From Octopus sinensis (lineage: Eukaryota): a DNA stretch of 64,000 bases. Below, piece by piece: positions 36,751 through 50,689 of this stretch. The DNA lies in assembly GCF_006345805.1 (NCBI RefSeq), contig NC_043011.1, positions 52,650,464-52,714,463 of the forward strand. Reading direction: 5' to 3'. Position numbers and translations under genes: made by a program. Every line of letters starts with the position of its first letter. The stretch's first letter is position 1. The notes beneath the pieces were generated by a model. That model did not search any database and was not told the origin of the DNA. It saw only the letters and a list, made by a program, of their open reading frames with translations.

Positions 36751-38585
36751 ATATATATATATATAATTATTAGATAATTTTGGGGTTTTTTTCATAACGG
36801 TGAGAGTGGAAAAATTTGCAATCGAATCCCATCAATTATACAAATGTGAGGAGTGATTTTGGCGAAAATAAGATGCTCATCATATATGAAGTTTTGCATT
36901 ATTTAAAAATGAATATTAATGATTTATCATAAGAGATAAAATTAAATTGAGAGTACTTTCTAATGTTTTTATAAGGTAAAATTAAGAGAAATTATTTCGT
37001 TTTATCTGGCATATAATCCCACAAGAAAAACAATTCCATTTAACTCAATGAAACATTCTAAAGGAAAACTTCTAAATCGAAAGTGAAAGAAATTCACAAA
37101 TGATTAGTTGGAATTCTAAGAAAAGTTTCAAAGGTGAGCTGAAATTACTATCTTAAAACTTTTCCGTCGTTGTTACTCCCACATTAGCATTTGCTCGAGA
37201 TAAACCTCGCAAATACTTGGAGACTAACTATGAGAAAAGTTAACGTAAAGGTTCGAGTCTGAACACGCTGTTTACCAACAGACCTGAAAGTTTTGGCCGC
37301 AAGGAACCTTACCTTCGTTACCCGTTAACTACACAAGATCAGAAGATGCAAGGCTTGTACAGAAGGAAAAAAAATGTTACCTTGGTTGTTGACAGTTAAG
37401 TAACAGACATGAATATTATTATCATATTTTATCTAAAATAATTTCGAAAAAAATCGATGGTCGGCGCTAAGATCCAACCGGATTCACAATCTTAAAAGTT
37501 TATCACCAATTCCTTTCTTTTGAAATATATCGAATAAGCTGTCTTATTTTACTTCCAAAAATTGCATTCTTTACTTATTATTGTGGTGCAGGTGTCTAAT
37601 ATGGGTTCTATCGATTTGTTGTCAACGAATTCTTCAGTTCTTCAAATTTTGAACTATCAAGACATTTACTTTTTTTTATCCTAAAGCTTTACTTTATAGA
37701 AACTCTCATCATAGTGTTTGTTGGATTTTGTTTTCAAACTAGAGTGTTTGAGTTACATTTGGCGAAAATTTTCGTAATAATGTATTTATTTTACCAAAAT
37801 AAAATTCTTCTCTGGCCGCCAAACAATCTATATCAATCACATTATCCAACGTGCCCTTTTATAAAGCGGCAGAATGTAATTTGAAGTAGATTTGGATGTT
37901 TTAACAAGCTCTGCGACCACGATGAAGCTTTTTCGTCGCCCCCAAGTAAACAACACTCAAAGCTTCCCCCCGCTAACATTTTTACGATTCATTAAATTAC
38001 TTCAAGCTAGGTATTCAACCATATCTTAGGGGATAAAATCTGCAGAGAGCGAACTAACAGATCAATACATATAAATAATTCACATGAAAATGAACAGTAA
38101 CGAAGCCGGGTAAATGACAAAGTTCTTCACCTTCAAAGAAAGTGAGAGAAGATAGATAACAGCTTATATAATTTAAAGTGTATACTCTGAATAATCGAGC
38201 TAGAAGCCTATATAGTGAAGTTGTTCTCGATTGCTCATCAAAGTGTTACACCCGTCGTCAAAATAAAAATGTAAACAATTAGAGCTGCTTAACTCGAAGA
38301 ATGATTAACGTGACAGAATCTCGACTTCTCGCTTTTAAATACTTCATCGTATAGTTTGGTAGAGAAAGTTGTTTATTATAAAGGGCAACGTGCCGCAAGA
38401 GAGAGACGAAGACTTAGATTTACAGATTTTTGGGACATCATAGCATTCATTCTCTTTCTCAAGAGCATTGGAGACGTTAGCTTAGAGGTTACGATAGGCA
38501 AACGAAACCGAATTAAGGGATCGGTTTTGATCAGACTTCTACGCAGCACGAAGAAAAAATTTTTAAAAAAATAATTAATTCTCAC

Positions 38586-38741
38586 CATTGGTTTGAACCA
38601 TATTGTCTGGTATGGTTTGTTTCGACAAGATCGCAATAATCTGGTAGCTTGGAAAGCTGATTTCGATTGATTTAGAGAATAAATAAGTTCAGAAGAAATA
38701 CTCCAGTCGATGTGTGCCGAGCGAAATAATGCAGTGGCCAT
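38586..38741 (-). CDS. ABCB7: Probable ABCB7 coding exon 1 (mitochondrial targeting peptide)
   Basis: gagATGG start, 156 nt, phase-0 donor ATG|gtgaga. MATALFRSAHIDWSISSELIYSLNQSKSAFQATRLLRSCRNKPYQTIWFKPM is Arg/Ser/Leu-rich. Lies in a CpG-retaining region. Confidence 0.75.
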
Positions 38742-40146
38742 CTCTGTGGTGCGACACCGTTTGTTACCTCCCTTTGCTTCTCACACATTTAACGAGGGTC
38801 GCTTACAGTCATAAAAAAACATTGCTCTCGAAATACTATTCTAGTTTTCTTAGAAATAAAGAAATGTATCCGCATACAATTGCTTAGATATATATATATA
38901 CATATATATATAAATAGCTAAAAAGATATAATATCATGGTTAAGAAAAAAATTATGAAAATTTTAAAGATTCGTGTTAAAGTTTATTTTCAATGATGTTA
39001 CGACGATCTTCCTTGAAGACGAATTTTAAAGTGAAACTATTACAAGTTTGGATGTTTTTTGTTGGACGGCTCCGCTACGAAATAAGTCGACTTTTTTTTG
39101 CATTTTAATTAATCTTTCTAAGAAAGGATAAAGCTCATTTAGGTGAATGATTAAATACAGGAGTAAATTATTTCAGAAATGTTTGGATAAATGTTTATTT
39201 CACATTACAACACTGCTGACAAGGCGAGGCACTTTAAAGAAATCCCACCACACAATCCATCGACTGAGAAGGCGAGGGTTATATTGTCATTACGAAGCAA
39301 CAAGATCCGCAACACCTCTGATCTGATCAATAGCCAGTATGAATTAACAACAGTTGGATTATTCCAGCCGACCCTGGCCAATTCAACATAGACATATTGT
39401 AATATTTTATTTGTTTAAAAACATCTCCATCGTGAGTTTTTTTTTTGTCTCTTTTTTTTTTTGTTCCCTAACCCAATCTCTATATCCGAATTTTATTTTA
39501 TTAATATTGCTTAAACTATTCGAGAAAACTTGATTAAGTCCATTTATCAGGTTTGCTCAGATGCTTTGCGAAAGGACATGAGACAACATTCTTATTTGTG
39601 GAAGGACAATACTCATACATACTCATTGCGTAAATTTACTAAGGTTAACAATATCCTTTTACTAACCCATTTGAGTCTTATAGGACAGAACGTGTTAAGA
39701 AATGAGAGCTCGAACCAAAAGGACCACAACGCAGTCACCCTTCATTGAACCTTAGCAAAAGGATCGTCCGCTTTTTTCTTTCTTTTTCTTTTTCAGAAAA
39801 GTTTTGCGATAAAATCCTAAAGAAAATCCAGCACCTTGTCGTATATTGTTGTTTGTAGTACCAGACCAGTCTATGATCAGTATAGCTTACGGTCAATAAC
39901 CTCACAACCAGGAAGCGAATTAAAGTAAATCAATAGGACTTGAGATTCTCAGGTAAACTCTGACAGTGGACCCTATCCTTCAATGTAACCGTTCACTATC
40001 TTCTCCACTCAGCCCTTTCTCATTGTAATCACAACAAGCAGCATTCTTCCTTATGATTAGGGTACGATTATATCTGGATTGAGAGTTATTTTAGAAAGAA
40101 AAAATTTGATATTTATTCAAAGTCACACTCTACCAACCAGTAAGGG

Positions 40147-41042
40147 CATACCTATATAAATGTGCCTCCCAGACCAATTTTGTTTCCTCATAACTTTTAG
40201 AAAAATGGATATTTCCCTTCATGAAATTTGGTACAAATACCTTACACACTGTATCGAAATTTCTTGTGAAAATGTTTTCAGAAGCCCGTTTCGGAAAATT
40301 TTTAAATTTTTGTCATAATTTAAAAAGGAAAGTGATTATTTTTAATAATTTTTTTTTTACATATACATAGGCGCAGGAGTGGCTGTGTGGCAAGTAGCTT
40401 GCTTACCAACCACATGGTTCTGGGTTCAGTCCCACTGCGTGGCACCTTGGGCAAGTGTCTTCTACTATATAGCCTCGGGCCGACCAAAGCCTCGTTAGTG
40501 GATTTGGTAGACGGAAACTGAAAGAAGCCCGTCGTATATATGTTTGTGTGACAACCGATGCTGGTGTGTTTACGTCCCCGTAACTTAGCGGTTCGGCAAA
40601 AGACCCCGATAGAATAAGTACTAGGCTTACAAAGAATAAGTCCTGGGGTCGATTTGCTCGACTAAAGGCGGTGCTTCAGCATGGCCGCAGTCAAATGACT
40701 GAAACAAGTAAAAGAGATACCTGTGGAGATTAAGATTATATCGGAATATAATGTAAAAAAAGAATGGTGGGCGAGCACACAATCTTCTTATCACATAACT
40801 ACGCCTGCACCTATATCTTGAAATTTTGAAAAAAAATTATGTGATTGCGTGTCTGTATGTGTATGTTCGTGCCCACAATTTTCTTTTTTTTTTTTTTTTT
40901 AATTTTATATTCTTTTTACATATAATTGTAATCAACACCACCTGAAAAATATATGTAGAAAATTTCATTAAAAAATAAGATCTATTTTTCTGAAAGTTAT
41001 GAAGAAACAAAGTCGTGGTGGCAGCACACTTGTATAGGTATG
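40147..41042. mobile_element. Old DNA transposon/MITE with about 80-bp imperfect TIRs, interrupted by a SINE
   Basis: Left catacctatataaatgtg...cataacttttagaaaaatggat. Right (reverse complement) catacctatacaagtgtg...cataactttcagaaaaatagat. Confidence 0.65.
40370..40716 (+). mobile_element. CORE-type SINE nested in the TIR element
   Basis: Family match, short internal microsatellite. Confidence 0.88.
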
Positions 41043-41811
41043 TTGGATAGTTACTACTGGAATAATTCCAATCATAGGTTTGTTGGATCAGCATTGACCC
41101 AAGATTAAATAATGAAAACTGGGCGATGATAGGCCTCACCATTGTAATTATATCTTGGAGAACGTTCGCCCATAACAGAGGAAAAACTACAAATACACTT
41201 TAGTTTTTATTCAGGACCACAGAATATTTTACCACCTTTACAACTATTAACCCTCTGTAATGTGAGACCCACTTTGATGTACTGCTCTTTTACCTGCTAC
41301 ACAGACATTCTACATTGCATCCAGAAGAGGACTACTTAATTCATTGGCATGAATCACACATTTACAAACTTCAGCCTCTGACCTACAGATATGTTGTTTC
41401 CTCATGCCTTTTTACAGTTACTGCAACTGCTTCTGCTCCTTGGAACTGCTTGGTCTCATACTGCCTCTAGCCGGGCAATCTGAATTTACTTGTCTTTTTT
41501 CCTCATCATCCATATTATATCCAGCCTCTCTAGACCTGCACAAATCACTACCATCAATGCTTTCTTCCTTGAACCCCCCCCCCCTCACCTGGAAATTCAG
41601 TCTCTGTACATGCCTTTCTTACAGTAAGTGACTTGCAGTAATTAATGTGGGATGTTAACAGTATCAGTCTGACTAGTCTGAGAGTCCTCCATCAGCTATG
41701 ACCACAGCCTCGTTCTTGCAGAATAAAATAATTATTTCTAATTTTGAGCATAAAGCCAGCAGTTTTGAGGGGCTGGAAGTTGATTACATCTTCCTCAGTG
41801 TGTGACTAGTG

Positions 41812-42177
41812 GTGGAAGCACTCCGTCCGACGAGGGTTCCGGTTGATCCGAATCAACAGAACAGCCTGCTCGTGAAATTAACGTGTAAGTGGCTGAGCAC
41901 TCCACAGACACGTGTACCCTTAACGTAGTTCTCGGGGATATTCAGAGTGACAAGGCCGGCCCTTTGAAATACAGGTACAACAGAAACAGGAAGTAAGAGT
42001 GAGAGAAAGTTGTGGTGAAAGAGTACAGCAGGGATCACCACCATCCCCTGCCAGAGCCTCGTGGAGCTTTAGGTGTTTTCGCTCAATAAACACTCACAAC
42101 GCCCGGTCTGGGAATCGAAACCGCGATCCTGTGACCGCGAGTCCGCTGCCCTAATCACTGGGCCGTTGCGCCTCCAC
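41812..42177 (-). mobile_element. tRNA-derived SINE
   Basis: Minus-strand head GTGGAGGCGCAACGGCCCAGTGATTAGGG...GGTTTCGATTCC. 3' part shared with 33250-33440. Confidence 0.75.
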
Positions 42178-42432
42178 TTGACTAGTACTTATTTTATCAA
42201 CCTCAAAAAGATAAAAAAGCGAAGTTGACCTTGATAATATTTGAACTCAGAATGTAAAGCTGGAAGAAATGCTGCTAAGCGTGTGTCAGGGTTGATTACC
42301 AGTTTAATTCTCTTCTCTGAATGTTTCTCCTATGTAAGGTCAGCATTGATAATACATTCAGTTATTTACTAATCTTGGTGCCATGTGGTGTTTTGAATTT
42401 TAAGTCACCATTAGTTAACTCCTGAGATCACT

Positions 42433-42827
42433 CTCTTTTACTCTTTTACTTGTTTCAGTCATTTGACTGCGGCCATGTTGGAGCACCGCCTTTAGTCAAG
42501 CAAATCGACCCCGGGACTTATTCTTTGTAAGCCCAGTACTTATTCTATCGGTCTCTTTTGCCGAACCGCTAAGTGACGGGGACGTAAACACACCAGCATC
42601 GGTTGTCAAGCAATTCTAGGGGGACAAACACACACACACAGACATACATATATATACATATATACGACAGGCTTCTTTCAGTTTCCGTCTACCAAATCCA
42701 TTCACAAGGCATTGGTCGGCCCAGGGCTATAGCAGAAGACACTTGCCCAAGATGCCACGCAGTGGGACTGAACCCGGAACCATGTGGTTGGTTAGCAAGC
42801 TACTTACCACACAGCCACTCCTGTGCC
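42433..42827 (-). mobile_element. CORE-type SINE
   Basis: Family match. Confidence 0.88.
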
Positions 42828-43420
42828 TACTCTCTTTAACTTTGAAACACTTTCATATTTTGCATGACAAATGTTAAAAATTACCAAACAAATTTGGGCT
42901 CTCTTCTATATCTTTCTTTCTTTCTTCCCTGTTTGTAAGTTGGTTGTTTGAGGAGAAGCACTACCCAAGATCTTTGCAGGACTTGCAGACTGTTGAGATT
43001 GATATGCATTAGAGAATTTTACAGAAGCATATCATCTTATATCTGATGCTTGGCTTGTTTAGCTAGTGAGCCAAATCACCAAGGGTACCTTCTATATTGT
43101 TCTTTCCTGCAAAAATGTAAGGCCATTAATGTTTTTAAGGGTGGATACTAATTCAGTTGTTGGTACATTTTTGTCTCTCTATGTACACTTTAAATGTTAT
43201 TTAGTCTCTTAGTCTTATGTATGGTTCTGCAAGTTTGGATTTTTATGAGGCAGCAAGCTTCCAGAATTATTAGCACACTGGACAAAATGCTTAGTGGCAT
43301 TTCTTCTAACTCTTTATGGTCTGAGTTCAAATCCCACTGTGGTCAACTAAGAAAACAGTTTCAAAATTTGGCACAAGAACGACAATTTTAGAAGTTAGTT
43401 AATTACACAGCACACAGTAC

Positions 43421-43627
43421 TCTCTTTTACTCTTTTACTTGTTTCAGTCATTTGACTGTGGCCATGCTGGAGCACCGCCTTTAGTCAAGCACATCGACCC
43501 CAGAACTTATTCTTTGTAAGCCTAGTACTTATTCTATCGGTCTCTTTTTGCTGAACCGCTAAGTTACGGGGATGTAAACACACCAGCATCGGTTATCAAG
43601 CGATGTTGGGGGGACAAAAAGACACAA

Positions 43628-43660
<33 letters not shown>

Positions 43661-43832
43661 CATATATACGACAGGCTTCTTTCAGTTTCCATCTACCAAA
43701 TCCACTCACAAGGCTTTGGTCGGCCCGAGGCTATAGTAGAAGACACTTGCCCAAGGTGCCATGCAGTGGGACTGAACCCGGAACCATGTGGTTGGTAAGC
43801 AAGCTACTTACCACACAGCCACTCCTGCGCCT
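43421..43832 (-). mobile_element. CORE-type SINE
   Basis: Family match. Confidence 0.88.
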
Positions 43833-45204
43833 ATCAGTACTTGACTGATACTTTATGCATTCCTTGAAACTGTTCTTTTAGTTAATTTTATGCAACAAGT
43901 GCTTTTTATCACAACTAAATCCCTACATTGATTCACCTGGTTTTTTTTTTTGTAAGTTTTCTATTGTATCATTGAGCACTTAGCCATAAAATCCTAATTT
44001 TCTTTGTATCTTTACACATAACAGTCTCTTACAAATCTCCATCAAAACACTGAACATTACCATGAAATTTATGTTGTTTCGCTAATTTATCATAAAAATT
44101 TTAACAGTGGTCACATGATCATAAAACAGTTATGTATTAGAGTTTAAACTCTAATTTCTAAATCAGAAATCTAGTGCTTCATTAATCTTCACCATTTTCT
44201 TTCATGGAAAATATACATTTTACATAGCAAAGACTCACAAATACTGGGTCTATTCATCAGAATGAAGAACAACTTTTATCTGAAACACCTATCTGCTGTT
44301 CTTATGCAAAGTTTGAACTCACTCTTTGTGGCAGTAGTCCTATAGTATACTCACACACACACAAGTACTAGAGAGCATTCAGGGAAAATCAAACACTTGT
44401 TCATTTGTCAACTGTGTCCCTCTCTCATACATTATGTGTTAATCCCATCTAATTACACGTAACATATTATCCCTATATCCAAGCTTTCTATGGTAACGGA
44501 TCTCTCTGGATCACGGGAGCATATATTCCAAGTTACCTCTTCTACAATAGAAATAACTGGAATTACTTAACACCAATAACTCTATCACTACCAACAAACC
44601 CAATGAAACAGGGTAAAGGAATTTATCCTGGGCTTACATGCCAGCTAAGTGAAATCATGGTCATATGGGTGACATGTGAATGGCACCCATACCAATGACA
44701 TGTAAAAGGCACCCAATACGCTCAGTTGTGGTTGGTATTATGAAGGGCATCCAGCAATTGAAACCAAGCCAAAGTAGACTGAAGCCCAGTACAGCTCTCC
44801 ATCTTATCATCTCCAATCAAACCGTCTAACCCATGCCAGTATGGAAAACGGACACTAAATGATGATGATGATGATTTACTTAAGAAACTAATTCTTCAAA
44901 TGGGTCACTCAACATCTCAGATGCCAAAACCGAATGGGAACCAAGCATGATCAATTTGTGGAACATTACTAAGTGCTGAGAGATTGCAGTTGTGCATACT
45001 ATAATTTAAGCTGATCACTGGCTATTCTAGCAATACTTTCACCCATAATTCACATGAGAAGTGAAATAGATATGATATTGGACTACCAGTTCAAATCTAC
45101 TGGTGGGCATATTGTTGTGTCTTTTAGCCAGACATTTCTTTCTGTTTACCTCAGAGTTCTTAGATGTAGCAGCATAGGTATCACATTATCTGGGGATGTC
45201 ACCT

Positions 45205-45479
45205 GAAACAAGGGCCGGTTTCCTAGTTTCTTGGCGTATAGGTTCCTCACCTGGACGGGATGCCGATCCATCTTAGGTGAGCTGCAAGATGCAGGAGGAA
45301 AGATTGAGAGAAAGTTGTGGCGAAAGAGTCAGCAGAAGTTTCGCTATTACCTTCTGCTGGAGCCATGTGGAGCTTAGGTGTTTCGCTCATAAACACACAC
45401 ATCACACGGTCTGAGATTCGAACCCGCGATCCCTCGACCGCGAGTCCGCTGCTCTAACCACTAGGCCATGTGCCTCCAC
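45205..45479 (-). mobile_element. tRNA-derived SINE (5402 family)
   Basis: Family match with intact A and B boxes. Confidence 0.82.
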
Positions 45480-47237
45480 ACCTGAAATAATAGGCTTGTA
45501 TATTTCCTATCCAGGACAGATAATCTTTTATCTTCTTATCAGAAGGAAGTCTTTTGGTTTTATGTTTCATTTTTACTACACTCCATTTACAAAAGAAATG
45601 GGTCATTCACTAACCTGTAAGATCACATGAGAATCCTTATTTATTCTTACAAGTTACAGTGATGGAAAAATTCCTTCAGTTTGATCAGGGAATTAAAAAC
45701 CTTATTAGAAAAAGTAAAAGTATACAAGTTAGTAAGACATTATGAAATTTGTAATTTTGACAAAGATACACTATTACAGAAACAGAATTTATTTCTGTTG
45801 TATCACTCACCCTACCTTATTTCTGCTGAACATTATTTTTCTACAATTCCTGTCCCTATCCATATTCTTCCTCATTTTCTTTTAATCCTTAACTTGCTAC
45901 AGTGTAAATTGAGAAGTTAACTATTGTTGCTTCATCCAGTTATCCTCAATACCAAGTCAAGGTTATAGACACTGTCACTTCTTTTCAGAGTAAATAATGG
46001 TACCAAGCCACAAAAGGGTCAAATCAAATGGTTTCCAATCACTTTAAATTCAATGTACACTGGAGATCAATGGAAGAATTTTTGGCATACTTTACATGGA
46101 AAATTTAAAAAAAGTAAGAAGCTTGCTTCCCAACTACATGGTTCCGGGTTCAGTCCCATTTCTGCTATAGTCTTGGGCTGACCAAAGCCTTGTGAGTGGA
46201 TTTGGTAGACAGAAACTGAAAGAAGCCTGTCATGTGTATACGTACATATACATATATATGTATATGTGTGTGTTTGTACCCCTATGTTTGATAACCTGTG
46301 TTGGTGTGTTTATATCCCTATAACTTAGTGGTTTGGCAAAAGAGACTGATAAAATACGTACTAGGCTTACAAAAGTAAGTCCTGGGGTTGATTTGTTCAA
46401 CTAAAGCCCTTCGAGGTGGTGCCCCAGCATGGGTGCAGTCAAATGACTGAAACAAATTTAAAAAAAAAACTATTGCTTTGTTTTATTAATCATCCTCATG
46501 TATGAATAAACCATTTTGCAAAATAATTAAGCATTAATATTGATTTTCTAAAGCCTTAAAAAAGTCAGTTTTTGATAATCTACAGAACACTTAGATACCC
46601 CTAGTTACCATTTAAGAACCATTGGTTTATCAATTGTATTGGACCTAGTATGTAATATATGTGGAGGCGTGTGGCTTAGTGTTTAAGGTGTTCAACTCAT
46701 GTTTGTAAGATTGTGGTTTCAATTTCTGGACCGGGCAATGCGTTGTGTTCTTGAGCAATACACTACATTTCACATTGCTCCAGTCCACTCAGCTGGTAAA
46801 AATGAGCAATCCTGCAACGGACCGGTGCCCTATCCAGGTGGGGAATATCTGTGCCATGAAAATGACCCTTATGAGTCAGTATGACTTGAGAAGGTAACTT
46901 TGCTTTTTACCTTTAGTATATAACATACATTTTTCTTTTACGATCTACAAATGTATAACAGATTCCATCTTGATAAAATACAACACTCAAGCTGGTGGAT
47001 ATGCCTAAACTACTTCAAAGTAATCATTTAGTGACTCTAACCATTCCTGGCAATCCAATACTTTTCTTAGAATAAATAAACTACAACTTCAGTTTTTTAA
47101 TCAGTTGTTTCACATTATTTTCATGTAATTACCTTGGTGAACAGTAGAAGGGCAAACAAGACATTTAGTTACAAGTTCAAATCCTGCCTGTCAGGTGGGA
47201 CAAGACAAATACCAGTCATGTACTGGGGTTCCCTTAA

Positions 47238-47437
47238 CCCTTTAGTGTTCGCATTATTCTGCCAAAATTAATCCTTTTTTATCCACATTGTTTTGAACTA
47301 ATCATGCATTACCTTGTAGCTATGAGGTACCTGTTAATTTTTTAAACAATATTGTAGGGTTGGTGTGAGAGACCAGATAGGGCTAGTTTGAACATAAAAC
47401 AGGTAGAATATTTTTGGCCGGTTTAAATGCTAAAGGG
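47238..47437. mobile_element. piggyBac-type MITE, family B
   Basis: TTAA|CCCTTTAGTGTT...AATGCTAAAGGG|TTAA. Confidence 0.82.
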
Positions 47438-47769
47438 TTAAATCAGTTTTTCTCTTCAAAAAATTATCTTGTGACATTATATGGTTATGTGGCATGTTTG
47501 CCTCCCTACCACATGGTTTTGGATTCAGTCCCACAGTGTGGCACCTTGGGTAAGTGTCTTTTACCACAGTCCCATGCCAACCAAAGTCTTGTGAATGGAA
47601 ATGGAGAGAAGCCTGTCGTATATGTTTGAATGTGTGCATGTTATTGTCTACCTTGTCATTTTCATTGTAATCACACTGTGTATGTCTGCTTGTCTGTCCT
47701 TGTAATTGTCCCCTCTGTGGCCAATAAAAGAAAATTGTGTTATTGTCTACTTGTCTTGATATTTTTTAG

Positions 47770-48013
47770 TCCGGTGGCACGTAAAATGCACCAATCCGAT
47801 CGTGGCCGTTGCTAGCCTCACCTGGCACCTGTGCAGGTGGCACGTAAAAAGCACCCACTACACTCACGGAGTGGTTGGTGTTAGGAAGGGCATCCAGCTG
47901 TAGAAACACTGTCAGATCAGACTGGAGCCTGGTGCAGCCCCTGGCTTCCCAGATCTCCGATCGAACCGTTCAACCTATGCTAGCATGGAGAACGGACGTT
48001 AAACGATGATGAT
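47770..48013 (+). mobile_element. RTE 3'-end copy
   Basis: Family match with (GAT)n tail. Confidence 0.85.
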
Positions 48014-48544
48014 GTGAGAGTCAGTCATGCAAGTGGAGTCTTTCATTTTCAATTGTCCAAGACATGTCTGGTCATGGGGAATTATTACCTTACTTGGAAA
48101 CAGGAAGGGCAACTGGCAGTAGAAAATCTGGCCCAACAAATTCAATCCAACCCTTGCAAACATGGAAAAATAAATGTCAAAATGATTTTACTTCAATATC
48201 TGGAACTTTGCATGTAGTTAAAGGCCACTATTTTGAGAACCATTGAGACAAAAGTTAACTTAATCAACAATGTTCTGTGCTATTGAAGAACATTTAAGTC
48301 TTTGATCTCAGCATTTGCATATTTATTGGGACAGAGAAACAGAATTCCTAAATATGTTGATCTAAACAATAGAAGAGTAAATGTGCTGATGGTACTGACT
48401 AAGTGTTCTCGGCAAGCTCCATATAATTTTTTTTCTTCACCATACAGTGACCCATGCAAGTAGGGAAAAGTGGACACTAAAACGATGATGAGAGGTTATG
48501 GGCATTCAGTATACAGTTCCTCTGGAAATATTGAGTGAATAATT

Positions 48545-49565
48545 AGATGAATTTCAACTGCTACGAGTTGGTTGTTGGATGTATAGATATATGTTTATGA
48601 TTGTAAAAGGATCTGGAAAGTGATATGGTCAAAGCAAGAATACCTAATCTTAAAACATTGTTTGCACTGAAAAAAAGCTTATAATATTCATGTATTAAGA
48701 AGTGTTGTCTTACTACGGTTAGGAAATTCCTGGCTATGTTCAGAGTAACATCCAAGTTATAGGGTGGATATAGATTGTTAAACTAGGTAAATCCACACAC
48801 TGCCTTGTTTTCACTGCTATGAAATCCTTTGATAGCAGCAGCGCTTCAGTTCCATTTACCTAATCATGAAGTACTAATGGAGTTAAGAGATAATAGCAAG
48901 ATTACACTTGGTAACCATTGGCAGTTTGCAGTTGGAGGGGTTAATTAATCTACATTTAGTATTTGGAGAGGAGAGTGTACATGTAGTCCCTAAAACTAGT
49001 GTAAAAGCGTGGTGATATGCATGAAGATTAATTCATCTTGTGTTTATTGAACTGTATACAGAAAGACTGGGTTTTTCAGGGTGTTTTTTTTTTTGTGTGT
49101 GTGATATTATTTGTTGGGACCTTGGCTTTTTTTTTCTGTTAATATATGAACACTGAGGTATTACTTGAAGGATTTTCTAACATTATCCAAAGTGTTTTGG
49201 AAGGAATTGTGTGAGATGATATTTTTTAATAGGTTAGTTTTGAAATGTTCCAGATCTTTGATTTGAGGTGGGTGAACTTCCAGGTTTTAAATCCACCCAC
49301 TGTTCTGTTTTCAGTACCATGAAATTATTTGAAAACAGCAGTACTCCAGTTCCATTTATCTAATCATGTAGTACTTCAAATGCAGTTAATATATAATAGC
49401 AAGATTACACTTAATAACCTTTGACAATTTACAGTTGGATGTCCTCAGTAATACTCATAAAATAAGGTTTTCCACTGTATGTGCTTGATAACACTTTCCA
49501 TTTCCTCAATTGAATGTATTAGGCAGAGTTTCCTGGATGATAGCCGTATATTCTTGGAATGAAAG
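48545..49565 (-). mobile_element. Degenerate Penelope-like element with RT core deleted
   Basis: Minus-strand KNIRLSSRKLCLIHSIEEMESVIKHIQWKTLFY resembles the PLE N-terminus KNIP....ESVIKRMRWKA. Also GFKT..PPQ.KDLEHF and YPPYNLDVTLNIARNFLTVVRQHF, resembling NPP.S.NV.TNIG..FL..I.KHF. Confidence 0.7.
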
Positions 49566-50689
49566 AAAAAAAAAGGAAAGGGGGAGGTTACTTTATCTTC
49601 AACTATTTATTCTCGATTTGTAACAACTTCTTTAAGTAAAAAATCTATCTACAGATCTGTAAGCTTACACTACCGAAACATGTCTATAGTTGACACTGGC
49701 TTGCAAATAAAAAAATTTTGAAAAACACAGAATTCTCTCTGAAAGGAAATTAACTGGAGAAGTTTTTTAATGACTTAAAGAATTATCTCCCTTCTTCTTT
49801 GTTGCTGAAAAATCTCCACCAATTTTTTTCTTCTAACTTTAAAATATAATTCGTTTTCGAGCACTCACTTATTTATATGTATCGGCATAAGATATAAAAG
49901 TTACCGAGAAATAAAAGGGTGTCGCTCTCAGTGTTAGAAATGCGACTACGACACTATTATTTGGCCATCCACACATATTGCTGTGTAAAGCAAACAAGTC
50001 ACATTTCATCATTAAAAAAAAAAAATATTAATATAGACACAGTGGATGATGTCCTAGATTATATACTTCGTATTAAAATTAGATAGAATGGCTTTGGCTG
50101 GAATACCTTTGGTCGTAAATCTGGTCGATTAGGATTAATACTCCTGGAAGTTATTTAACAACAATATACAACCACCTTACACGAGGAACGGTAATGGTTT
50201 AAATTAACCAGTCTGACGAGGTTTGAAAGGAAAGCCGGTGTCTTTAATAATTGATAGAACCTCACAACAGCCGTTTCTCTCTACTCGGAAACTTTTTTTA
50301 TTGCGTGTTAAATAGCAATGTTTTAAATGATCGATTAAAAGTGAAGATGATGTATCCAGAATTTGTGAATATCCATCATTCTTCCAGCTTTCGTTTATCT
50401 TTTTGCTTTTTTTTTTAAGTAAATAAAGATGGGTTTATGGTAAAGAGTGAGTGAGCAATGCCGTTTTTATTTGACTTTTTATACGTGTGTATATATCGTG
50501 TATATTTATTCATATAACGTTTTTTTGTTACAGATATGTTATATAACAATTAAATCAAGGAAAACTCGTGATCACCATTTAAAATACATGTGTTTTATTC
50601 ACTTTCGTGCATGGACAGCTTAATTCATTTTAAGTATAACCGGTTGTTTAGGATACGTGGCTATTTAAATCACATGGAGAGTAATTGAG

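Noticed and set aside
50208-50245. CTGACGA hammerhead-like core
   Set aside because: A stem II can form but is not followed by GAAA, and there is no stem III or cleavage triplet.
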